This document shows, in pieces, positions 1 to 10,500 of a stretch of 19,911 nucleotides of DNA. Origin of the DNA: a virus. Lineage: Duplodnaviria > Heunggongvirae > Uroviricota > Caudoviricetes. Position 1 is the first letter of the stretch; every line of letters begins with the position of its first letter. The position numbers were made by a program, and so were the translations under genes. Location of the stretch: the IMG/VR virus record IMGVR_UViG_3300037466_001520, one strand, 5' to 3'. The notes beneath the pieces are model-generated. The model had not been told where the DNA came from, searched no databases, and saw only the letters and a list, made by a program, of their open reading frames with translations.

Positions 1-1581
1 GCCGCTGCCGACGCCTTGAAGATCCCGCACAGCCTCATCGACCAAATGAACTCCCAGCAGCTCAGCCACCTCGTGGAGCAGATCAAGAGCGAGACCGACG
101 CTGCCGACAAGGCCAAGGAGGCTACCAAGCAGCTCGCCGACGCGACCGGAACGAACACCGCCAACGCCGAGATCCTCGCCAAGAACTACCAAGTCCTCGG
201 CGATTCCGCATCTACCGCAGGGGACAAGTTCAGCGCGCTCAAGCAGAACCTCCAGATCATCGTCGACTCGCAGGACAAGGCGGCGAAGACCTCTCAGAGC
301 GCCGCGCGAGATTTCGCTCAGGCAAACCTCAACTGGGCCAGCTCCATCGAGAATGTCAAGAAGGAGAACGGCGGTCTCGTCAGCAACCTCTATGACATCA
401 AAACCGGGTTCGACTTCACCAAGCAGGCAGGTATCGACTTCTCCAAGACGCTCGACTCACAACGAGACGCGATCCTCCAGCTCGGCTCCGACGCGCTCGA
501 CCGCGCCGTCAAGGACGGAAAGTCGGCCAACGATGCGCAAGCCGCTGCGCTCGATGCCATGCAGGGTCCAATCGACAGCCTAAAGCAGCACCTCACCGAC
601 CTCGGATTCGCCCCGGCTCAGATCGACGCCATCGTCAAGAGCCTCGGCCTCATGCCGAAGGACGTCACGACAGCTCTCCACGTCGAAGGTACCGATCAGG
701 CTCAAGTCGACATCGCGCGTCTCCAGCTCGCGGCTCAGGCATATGCCTCCGGCAACTACGAGGCTGTTATCGCGGCCCTACCTGACGCCGCTAAGAAGGC
801 CATCGCCGATGCGACGGGAACCGCAGACGCCTTCGCCAAGGGCGACTATCACGCCATCGTCGACGCCCTGAACAAGACCCAAGGCGGAATCGACGGGGCG
901 CTCGCCAGCCTTCTCGTGATCAAGAACGGAGACTTCTCCGCGTGGATCAAGGCGCACCCTGACCCCGCCTCGCTGGCCGCTGCCCAAGCTGCCATCGACG
1001 CCATCGCGAATCAGCGCCGAGTTGCGACCATCATTACCCAAGTCGACACCTCAGGGGTCGCACCTTCGGTCAAGGGTAGCTGGGGCATGACGAGCGCCAA
1101 CGGATCCATCATGGACGCCTCTGGGTCGGGCATGTTCGGATTCAACCCGCTCATCAAGCACTTCGCCGATGGTGGTCTGGAGCAGCATATCGCTCAGATC
1201 GCGATGCCGGGTGTCGTGCCTCGTGTGTGGGTGGAGCCAGAGACCGGGGGCGAGGCATATATCCCGCTCAGCCCGAGCAAGCGCTCCCGCTCGACGCAGA
1301 TCCTTGAGCAGGTCGCCGAGATGTTCGGCTTCACGCTGGCGAAGAAGCTCTCCTTCTTCGACGGAGGCATCCTCCAGAGCGTGCCGCGCTCGTCGAACCT
1401 CATGTCCTCGACGAACCTCCCGACCCCGGCCAGCCGCACAACGGCAGCTAGCACGCAGGGGCCGAGCATTGCCCTCCACGTCCACCCGTCTCAGGGGCTC
1501 TCCGAGGAGCAGATCGGGCGCTCTGCGGCGACCGAACTCTTCTGGCAGCTCATGAACCGACCGGGCATGGCCCACGTATAG
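1..1581 (+). CDS. Tape measure protein, C-terminal part (5'-truncated by window)
   Basis: Frame 1 is open from base 1 (GCC GCT GCC GAC GCC TTG...) to TAG at 1579-1581. The protein is Ala/Gln/Lys-rich and helical. It ends with the actinophage TMP-type motif FADGG..E.HIAQI....RVWVEPETGGEAYIP and lies directly upstream of baseplate genes. Confidence 0.9.
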   Translation, partial: AAADALKIPHSLIDQMNSQQLSHLVEQIKSETDAADKAKEATKQLADATGTNTANAEILAKNYQVLGDSASTAGDKFSALKQNLQIIVDSQDKAAKTSQSAARDFAQANLNWASSIENVKKENGGLVSNLYDIKTGFDFTKQAGIDFSKTLDSQRDAILQLGSDALDRAVKDGKSANDAQAAALDAMQGPIDSLKQHLTDLGFAPAQIDAIVKSLGLMPKDVTTALHVEGTDQAQVDIARLQLAAQAYASGNYEAVIAALPDAAKKAIADATGTADAFAKGDYHAIVDALNKTQGGIDGALASLLVIKNGDFSAWIKAHPDPASLAAAQAAIDAIANQRRVATIITQVDTSGVAPSVKGSWGMTSANGSIMDASGSGMFGFNPLIKHFADGGLEQHIAQIAMPGVVPRVWVEPETGGEAYIPLSPSKRSRSTQILEQVAEMFGFTLAKKLSFFDGGILQSVPRSSNLMSSTNLPTPASRTTAASTQGPSIALHVHPSQGLSEEQIGRSAATELFWQLMNRPGMAHV

Positions 1582-1591
1582 CGAGACCAAA

Positions 1592-2488
1592 ATGATTCTG
1601 ACAAACGACTTCCTCCGAGTCACCATCAAGGACATCACGTTCCGGTCCACACCCAACCCGAGTGCGGACCGGGACTTCTTCCTCGACTCCACGGCACTCA
1701 CCGGATGGGACGACGGCCTCACAGCACGTCGTCAGGTGACGCAGCGCCCGGTCTCCAACGGAGACTTCGCTGACATCGCGACCATGGGTGCGCGCTCGGT
1801 AACCCTCACCGGAGCCGCTCGCGCGAAGACTCCGCAGGATCTTCATGCCATGCGCGACCAGTTCATGGGACTGCTCGCCGATGGCGGGTACACGCAGATG
1901 ACGGTCGAGAACTCCGCTGGCACCCGCTACGCGACGGTGGGTCAGGACAACACGCCTTCGTGGGTCCAGCAGGCAGACACCTTCGCCAGCTTCAAGATCG
2001 ACCTCTTCCAGCCGGACCCCAACATCTACGGAGTCGACCGCCTCGTGTCGATCTACGGCGCTCCAACAGCCTCCGGTGGTCTCCTCTACACCTCTACGGG
2101 ACCGGCTTCGGCCAACCCGCCTCAATACCTCAGCTATCCGCTCGACTACAGCACACCGGTCAGCCAGCAGACGACCTTCCTGTTCAACAACGGAAACGTC
2201 AACTCGTGGCCGACGTTCACCGTTGCGGGGAATTTCTATGGTGGGTTCACCATCACGGATAACAAGGGAAACAACATCACCTACACCGGGGACGCATCTC
2301 TTCTCGCCCCGGTGGTCATCGACTCGAAATCCGGAACTGCTACGCAAAACGGGCAGGACCGTTCAACACTGTTGACCAGTAGGCAGTGGTTCCCGGTCCC
2401 ACCGGGTGCCACTATTCAGCCATCATTCAACCCTGTAAATGGTGCGACTGGATGGTGTGATATCATTTATAAGGACACATGGATTTAG
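1592..2488 (+). CDS. Distal tail protein (Dit)-like minor tail protein, 298 aa
   Basis: First gene after the TMP. Dit-like motifs include LTGWDDG...R....RP..NGD, GARSVTLTG, F.IDLFQPDP.IYG, NNGNV.SWP.F.V.G and a C-terminal WFPVPPG...YKDTWI. Confidence 0.8.
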   Translation: MILTNDFLRVTIKDITFRSTPNPSADRDFFLDSTALTGWDDGLTARRQVTQRPVSNGDFADIATMGARSVTLTGAARAKTPQDLHAMRDQFMGLLADGGYTQMTVENSAGTRYATVGQDNTPSWVQQADTFASFKIDLFQPDPNIYGVDRLVSIYGAPTASGGLLYTSTGPASANPPQYLSYPLDYSTPVSQQTTFLFNNGNVNSWPTFTVAGNFYGGFTITDNKGNNITYTGDASLLAPVVIDSKSGTATQNGQDRSTLLTSRQWFPVPPGATIQPSFNPVNGATGWCDIIYKDTWI

Positions 2489-2497
2489 GACGCTCTT

Positions 2498-3403
2498 ATG
2501 TCATCTGGATTTGGCGTTGACCCTACAAAGGACGGGTCCGGCAACATCACCTCTGGTACAACTTCTCAGGATATTCGCCAGATCAACTCAGCTCTCTACA
2601 CCCCCGGGATCATCTCGGGATGCAAGGTCACCCTGAGCGCATCCCAAATGACATACACTGTCTCTGCCGGTATCGCCGCAATCCAGATGGCGTCGGGAGA
2701 GGTGGTGCTGTCCTCGGTCCCGGCCACCACTATCCCTGCCTCGTCCGTGCCTTCCAGCGGAGGCCGCACCGACTACATCTACGCCTACCAAGCGACTCCC
2801 GCCATCGACGGGAATTCAAGTGTCACGGTTCGGTACGGCACGCAGGCTCAGGCCACAGCCTTCCAAGCGCTCACCCTCGACAGCTACGTCCAGCCTGCCG
2901 GGGCCACTGTCACCTCTGCGGGAACCCGTGGAAGCTCGGTTAACTACTCCATCCCGTACTCGGGGAACCTCGGACGCCTCTACTACTGGCAGTACGCCGT
3001 CAACGGCAACCTGCCGGACAACAACTCGGGCAGCATCAACTGGGTCGGCAACGGCACGATCTACCTCCCGACCGACCGCACGGTGACTTGGCGACTCTCG
3101 GCTGTCCTCTCCGCAGCAGGCGCGTCAGGCTGGGACAACAGCCACTACTGCGAATACGGGTTCCTGCCCACCTACGACACCGCCACATGGGTCCTCTGGA
3201 CCACCGGAGGCCTACATCAGGCGTGGCAGACCTTCAACTGGCAGGCCACACTGACCCTTCCCGCTGGCCTACACACTGTCAAGATGGGCATGTTCAAGGA
3301 AGTCGGCCCGGGATCGGCGTACTGCCACTACGGCCCGGACGGTCAGGGGTTCGGTCGCCGAGGCATTGAGATGGAGATCTGGGACGCTGGAGTGGCGCAG
3401 TAA
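2498..3403 (+). CDS. Minor tail / upper baseplate protein, 301 aa
   Basis: Located in the baseplate cluster. The N-terminus (GIISGCKVT...MTYTVSAG.A...GEV, RTDYIY) is typical of actinophage minor tail proteins, and the C-terminus is aromatic and beta-rich. Confidence 0.7.
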   Translation: MSSGFGVDPTKDGSGNITSGTTSQDIRQINSALYTPGIISGCKVTLSASQMTYTVSAGIAAIQMASGEVVLSSVPATTIPASSVPSSGGRTDYIYAYQATPAIDGNSSVTVRYGTQAQATAFQALTLDSYVQPAGATVTSAGTRGSSVNYSIPYSGNLGRLYYWQYAVNGNLPDNNSGSINWVGNGTIYLPTDRTVTWRLSAVLSAAGASGWDNSHYCEYGFLPTYDTATWVLWTTGGLHQAWQTFNWQATLTLPAGLHTVKMGMFKEVGPGSAYCHYGPDGQGFGRRGIEMEIWDAGVAQ

Positions 3404-4546
3404 ATGTGGCGTCTATTCCTCGTTCACTTCGCGGCGGGGATCATCGGCCAGCAGGTAGACTTCAAGGATGGAAGTCTGAACTGGGCGATCTCCCTCAACA
3501 ATGCCGAGACGATTTCTGTGTCGCTCAAGAAGTCTTCACTCCCTACCCAGAACCGTGACCTATGGCTCTCACCATTCTGGGGAGGGCTCCTACTCATGTG
3601 GAATGAAGTCCCGGTATTCGTCGGGCCGATCATCAACCGCCCGAGTGAGACCTTCACGGAAATCCAGATCGACTGCGGCAGCATCAGAAATATCCTCGCC
3701 GACCGCCTCGCCATTCCGGAACTCACGGACTGGAGCCAGATCGCAAATTCCACGATGCACTACTCGGGGCTGTCGCTCGGTACTATCGCCAAGCGCCTCG
3801 TGCAGGACACCCAGAGCAAGCCCGGTGGCGCGCTCCCGATCAGCTACCCTGTCCCGGATCAGGTTGGCCCTAATGACGATACGCATACGCGCAACTATCA
3901 GGGCTTCAACCTGACCAACATCGGCGTTGACAAGCTGCTCCAAGACCTCTCCAATGTCCACCTCGGGCCGGACATCATGTTCCGCCCGAGACTGCTGGAC
4001 GCCTCCCGCTTCACGCTCGACATGTGGACGGGGTCGGAAGGACAGCCGCGCATCCCGCAAAGCAGAACCGTGGTGTGGGATACGACAGCCGTCGACAGCG
4101 ACGTTGTCGACCTCTCCGTCGTTTCGACCGGGTCCTACATGACTAACCGCGTCTACTTCGCCGGGTCCGGGACGGATGCCGGGACGAAGATCGTCATGGT
4201 CGAGAATCTCGACACCGTTTCGTCGGGCTACCCGCTGCTTGAAACCGCCTACAGTGACGGGACTTCGGACAACCCCACCGTCCTCACAGACCTTGCAAAC
4301 AGCAAGCTCAATATGAATAAGGGGCTGCTGCGCGAAATTAGCTTCAAGGTCCGTGCAGACGGATTCAACCGTCTCGGAACATTCTGGCCCGGAGACCTTG
4401 TTAGAATATATACAAAGGGTTGGGCGACCCTTAGCGACGGACCGCATGACTGCCGACTCCTGACGATGACCGGTGATTCAACTCAGGTTTTGCAGCTAGC
4501 AATGCAGACGGAAGACCAATTCGAATATGGAAGTACGACGACTTGA
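3404..4546 (+). CDS. Baseplate hub / Tal-like (ReqiPepy6 Gp37-like) minor tail protein, 380 aa
   Basis: ATG directly follows the previous TAA. Motifs LLLMWNEVPVFVGPII.R, L..L..V..GPDIMFRPR, N.VYFAGSG, YPLLE and F.PGD.V resemble Gp37-like hub proteins. Confidence 0.75.
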   Translation: MWRLFLVHFAAGIIGQQVDFKDGSLNWAISLNNAETISVSLKKSSLPTQNRDLWLSPFWGGLLLMWNEVPVFVGPIINRPSETFTEIQIDCGSIRNILADRLAIPELTDWSQIANSTMHYSGLSLGTIAKRLVQDTQSKPGGALPISYPVPDQVGPNDDTHTRNYQGFNLTNIGVDKLLQDLSNVHLGPDIMFRPRLLDASRFTLDMWTGSEGQPRIPQSRTVVWDTTAVDSDVVDLSVVSTGSYMTNRVYFAGSGTDAGTKIVMVENLDTVSSGYPLLETAYSDGTSDNPTVLTDLANSKLNMNKGLLREISFKVRADGFNRLGTFWPGDLVRIYTKGWATLSDGPHDCRLLTMTGDSTQVLQLAMQTEDQFEYGSTTT

Positions 4547-7500
4547 TCCGGCCTCAGGGCTACCGGATCTAATCAAGAACCTTGACACACGTCTCCGACA
4601 GGTCGAAACAAAGCCTGCCGGGTCCATTGTCATCCAACCGACGAATACCCTCAAGACTACCGACCCCGCCACTGGGGTCCAGACGATCTTCGGCGCGCTC
4701 CCGGACGGAACCACGGGTCTCCAGCAGTTTGTCGGGGACACCACTCCTCCGGGGCAACCGACCGCTCCGTCGCTCACCTCTGCGCTCAGCATCGTCACTG
4801 TCGCGTGGGACGGCCTCGACACCACCGGAGCGCAGCCACCGAAGGACTACGACCGCACCGATGTGCAGGTCTCTCTCGACGGGACCAACTTCACGGTCGC
4901 CGGACAGCTCCGTGGGCCGGACAAGTTCCAATACACCGGACTCAACGGAGGCCAAGTCCTCTACGTCCGTTTCGTCTCCTACGACGTCAACCAGAACGCC
5001 TCGACGCCTAGCGCCGTCTCGTCGATCACCGTTGTCGCTGCTGCGGACGATGCCTCCATCGCCGCCCAGATCAACAGTGTAAACCAAGCCGCAACCTCGG
5101 CGCAAGCCACCGCTGACGGCAAGAACACTGTCTACTACTCTAACGTCCAGCCTACCGGAGGCAGCTACAAGGTAGGCGACCTCTGGTTCAACACTGCGGA
5201 TAATTACAAGCTCTACACCTACAGCGGAACGGCTTGGGTCCTCGCGCAGGACTCCGCATCGGCGCAGAGCGCAGCGGCCTCGGCCCAGTCTGCGGCGAAC
5301 GCGGCGCAGCTTGCGGCCAATGCTGCTCAGGCAACAGCGAACGCTGCCCAGTCTGCGGCGTCGTCGGCCCAGCTCGCAGCCAACAACGCTCAGGCCACTG
5401 CCACCTCTGCCCAGAGCCTCGCGTCCTCTGCCAACAACGCGGCGACCGCAGCTCAGAGCACCGCGACGTCCGCGCAGAGCCTAGCCTCGTCGGCCAACAA
5501 CGCGGCGACCGCAGCTCAGGTCTCGGCGAACTCGGCGCAAAGCACCGCGAACTACGCCCAGAGCCTCGCGGCCTCCGCGCAGTCCGCAGCTACCGCCGCC
5601 CAGAGCACGGCCAATTCGGCTCAGAGCCTCGCGGCCTCGGCAAACACTGCTGCCACCGCAGCTCAGGCCAGCGCGAACACCGCGCAGAGCACCGCGAACT
5701 CGAAGAACGCCTCCTACTATCAGGCGACCGCCCCGACCGGAGGCAGCTACAAGGTAGGCGACCTTTGGTTCAACACTTCGGCAAATTATCAGCTCTCCAC
5801 CTACAACGGGACTACGTGGGTCCTCGCGCAGGACTCCTACACTGCCTTGACCACCTCTCAGGCCGCTTCGGCGTACGCCGGGACCAAGGGCAAGGTCTGG
5901 TTCCAAGCGACCGCCCCTGACGGAGGCACATCCTACGGCTGGTCGGGAACCACCAACGGATCCACCTCTACCCTCTACTCCAGCTCGTCGCTGCTCCGCA
6001 CCAACCTCAACCCCTACCCCAACTTCGAGCTGGGGTCCGGAACCGTCAACGTCCGCACCAACCTAGCGCTCGACCCTGCCGCAACCGCCACCACCCAGTG
6101 GACCAACATCGGATCTGCCGCAACCTACACCAAGAGCGTCGACAACACCGTCTTCCACAGCGGAAACTCTTCGGTCAAGGCCAGCATCACCGGTTCGGGT
6201 CAGCTCGGCCTCAAGTGCTACATCTCCAACCCGGGGATGGCGACCAACGACACGATCAACTGGTCCGTCTGGGTCTACCCGTCCAAGACCATGTCCTTCC
6301 AGCCCTACTGGGAAGGGTGGGTCCCGGCATACACCGGAGCCGCAGCGGGATCGGCTGTCTCATGCCCAGCCAACACATGGACCCAGCTCACCGGATCCGT
6401 CACTCTCACCTCTGCCCAGACCTCGGCCACTGGCACCTACGGGTTCGGCCTCTACAGCACCACGGCTTGGGCATCGGGTGACTACTTCAACGTCGACGAA
6501 ATCGTCATTGAGCGCAACTCTCCGCTCGGAACCTACTTCGACGGAAACACCGCTGCCTCAGGCGACTTCACCTACGCATGGTCGAGCGGCGCGAACAACT
6601 CGATCTCCTACCAGCAGGCCCCGTCCGTAACCGGCTGGTCCAGCAGGTGGTTCGGAGGGAACGGCGGTACCGGAGTCGCGTACCAGACCAAGGGCGGAAT
6701 CTCCGGGAGCGCGTTCCGTAAGCTCTGGAAGACCGCGACCACCGCATCACCCAACGACTCGGGCATCAACCTCACGACGAAGACCCCCGTCACGGGCGGC
6801 GCAACCTACACCGCCTCGATCTCCTCACGCTGCTCGGTGGCTGCGAACCTCGTACCTTACATCGTCTGGTACGACTCCAACAATGCGACCATCTCCAACA
6901 CCTCCACGTCCAACAGCTTCGCCATGACGGCCAACTCTTGGACGCGAGGGTACGTCACGGCTACCGCGCCAGCGAACGCGGTCACCGCTGACTTCATCTT
7001 CGGCCCGTACTCCGGCACTGGGGCTGCTGGCACCATGCCTGCCGGAGCCACCCTCGACTTCGACCAGTGCCTCATCGAGCAGGTCGGCGTCCTCAACCCG
7101 TACTACGACGGAAGCTTCGCCTCGGACCGCACCTACGACATGTGGGTCAACACCTCTGCGGGCAACAAGGCCTACACGTGGGACGCGAACAGTCACTCGT
7201 GGCTCTCGGCTCAGGACACCGCCATCGCTGCTGCGGCCAACTCCGCATCGAGCGCGATGTCCGTTGCTCAGGGCAAGAACGTCACTTTCATCTCCGCCAC
7301 CGCGCCTACGGCCTCCGCTGTCGGCGACCTCTGGCTGGACAGCTCCAACGGATACCGTCTGAACCGCTGGTCCGGGTCTGCATGGGTGAATGTGCAGGAC
7401 ACGGCCATTGCGACCGCGCAGTCCACAGCCAACACCGCCCAGACCGTCGCCAACGGCAAGAACACCACGTTCATCCAGTCGACATCCCCGACCGCCAGCG

Positions 7501-10500
7501 CAACCGGCGACCTCTGGATCGACACCTCCAACGGCAACCGTCTGAACCGCTGGAGCGGGTCCGCGTGGGTCAACGTCCAAGACTCGGCCATCGCATCGGC
7601 TCAGTCCTCGGCCAACAGCGCCATGACCGTTGCGCAGGGGAAGAACGTCACGTTCATCGCCGCGTCGGCTCCGACCGCCTCGGCGACTGGAGACATCTGG
7701 CTCGACTCCTCCAACGGCTACCGCATGAACCGCTGGAGCGGCTCGGCGTGGGTGAACGTGCAGGACGCAGCCATCGCTGCCGCCCAGAGCGCCGCGAACA
7801 CCGCCCAGACGTCCGCAAACGGCAAGAACACTGTCACCTACTCGACCAGCGCCGCGAGCGGCTCAGGGACGACAGCAGGGGATACGTGGTTCCAGACGGA
7901 CGGCAGCGGAAACGTCATCGCCATGTGGAACTGGTCCGGCTCCGCGTGGGTCTCGCAGGCTGTCGGCAATCAGGTCATCGCCGCGCTCGACGCGGGCAAG
8001 ATCACCACCGGATACCTCGCTGCCGCGCGCATCCAAGCTGGGACGATCACCGCGACGATGATCGCGACCGACACCATCACCGCGAACCAGATCGCAGCAG
8101 GCGCAATCACCGCCTCAGAGCTTGCTGCTGGCTCTGTGACGGCCTCGGCCATCGCCGCCAACACAATCACCGCCTCGGCCCTTGCGGCGAACGCTGTGAC
8201 CGCCACAGCGATTGCAGCGAACACGATCACCGCCTCCCAGATCGCGGCTGACACCATCACGGCTGGGCAGATCGCAGCGGGAGCCATCACGGCATCGGAG
8301 CTTGCTGCCGGATCTGTCTCGGCGAGCGCTCTGACAGCCAATGCCGTCACGGCCACAGCGATTGCTGCCGATACGATCACCGCTGCCCAGATCGCTGCCG
8401 GAGCCATCACCGCATCCGAGCTTGCTGCCGGATCTGTCACCGCCAGTGCCATCGCAGCGGGCTCGGTCAACGCGAACGCCATCGCAGCCGGGTCAATCAC
8501 AGCGACCGCACTTGCAGCGAACTCGATCACCGCCTCCGCGATTGCTGCCGGTACAATCACTGCCTCGGCCATGGCCGCAGGGTCAGTCACCGCCCAGCAG
8601 CTCGCGGGCGGCTCCGTCACGGCGTCTGCCCTCGCGGCCAACGCCGTCACCGCGACTGCGATCTCGTCCAAGACGATCACCACTGACAAGCTCGTCGTCT
8701 TCGACAGCACCAACATGGTCGCTGACGGAGACTTCGAGCAGATGGCCCAGACGACGTGGACCTACAACTCCTACGCCTCGCTGGACACCACCGGAACCAA
8801 CTCCTACACCGGGTCGAACGCGCTCAAGTTCACCAACACCGGCTCGGCCTACGGCAACTGCAACAACAACATCATCATTCCGGTGGAGCCCAACGCTTGG
8901 TACTACTGGGAATACTGGTACAAGACCACAGCGGCAGCGGTTCCGACATACGGTGTCCGCATCGCCAGCGCCGGGGGTGCGTCCTCCAGCATGGTCGTGG
9001 ACACGCTCCCCAACACAGCCCAGACGACGTGGGCCAAGCGCTCCGGCCAGTTCCAGATCCCGTCCACTGTCTACGCCGCCTCGGCACGCTTCGACGTCTC
9101 GACCGGGACCACCTCGGACTCGATCTGGATCGACGCCTTCAAGCTGCGCCGCCAGAACGGCGCGGAGCTGATCGTCGACGGAACCATCACGGCGACCGAG
9201 CTTGCAGCAGGCAGCGTCACCGCAGCAAAGATCGCAGCCAACTCCGTAACCGCAACTGCGCTAGCGGCCAACTCGATCACCGCAACTGCCCTTGCCGCTC
9301 AGAGCATCACCGCTACGGCGCTCGCAGCCCAGTCGATCACAGCCACCGCCCTCGCGGCGCAGAGCATCACCGCTACCGCACTTGCGGCACAGTCGATCAC
9401 CTCGACAGCGGTCGCGGCCAAGGCGATCACCACCGACAAGCTGCTCGTGGCCGACACAGACGACTACGTCGTCGACCCGTACTTCTATGACAGCACGCTC
9501 AACGGCTCGGGCACCACCTACCTCTCGTCGAACTCCGCCGTACCGTCCGCAGGTATGCCTACAGTTCCGTCCGTCCTCAGCGTCCCGGCTGGGTACGACT
9601 TCTTCGTCGGAGACTGGTTCGACATCCAGCCCGGGGACAAGTTCTATGTCGAGGGTTGGGCCACCACTACCGGGACCACCAACCTCGGCATCGGTGTTTG
9701 GTGTGCCAACACGCGCCAGTACGGAGGCAACAGCAGCGCTCAGGCGAAGCTCACCGCTACCGCTGTCGGGTCCTCTGCCTCGTGGACCAAGTGGTCAGGA
9801 GAAGTCACCGTCCCATCTCTCGGAAGCGGTAGCGGCTCTGCCGCCCAGCCTCCGCAGTTCGGTCGCATCTGGGTAGGCCCCGGGAACGCCGCAGGCTGGT
9901 GGCTGACCGGGTTCCACGTCCGCCGCAAGAACGCCGCCCAGCTCATCGTCGACGGAAGCCTCACGGCCAACATGCTCGCCGCCCAGAGCATCACGGCCAC
10001 AGCCCTTGCCGCCCAGTCGATCACCGCTACGGCCCTTGCCGCTCAAAGCATCACGGCGACAGCTCTGGCCGCGCAATCCATCACAGCGACCGCACTTGCG
10101 GCACAGTCGATCACTGCTACGGCTCTTGCTGCCGGGTCGATCACCGCGTCGGCGATTGCTGCCTCGGCAGTGGACGCCACCAAGCTCGCCGCGAACTCCA
10201 TCACCGCAACAGCGCTCAAGGCCAACTCCATCACGGCGTCTGCTCTTGCCGCGAACTCGATCACCGCGACAGCACTGGCAGCTCAGTCGATCACGGCAAC
10301 TGCTCTTGCCGCGAACTCGATCACGGCTACAGCCATTGCTGCCTCTGCGATCACGGCCTCGGCCATCGCTGCCGGTACGATTACGGCGACCAACGGGATC
10401 GTCGCCTCGCTCGACGCCGGAACGATCACGGCTGGAACGCTCAGCGCCAACCGCATCGGGGCGAACACGATCACCGCCGACAAGCTCGTCGTCGGCGACC

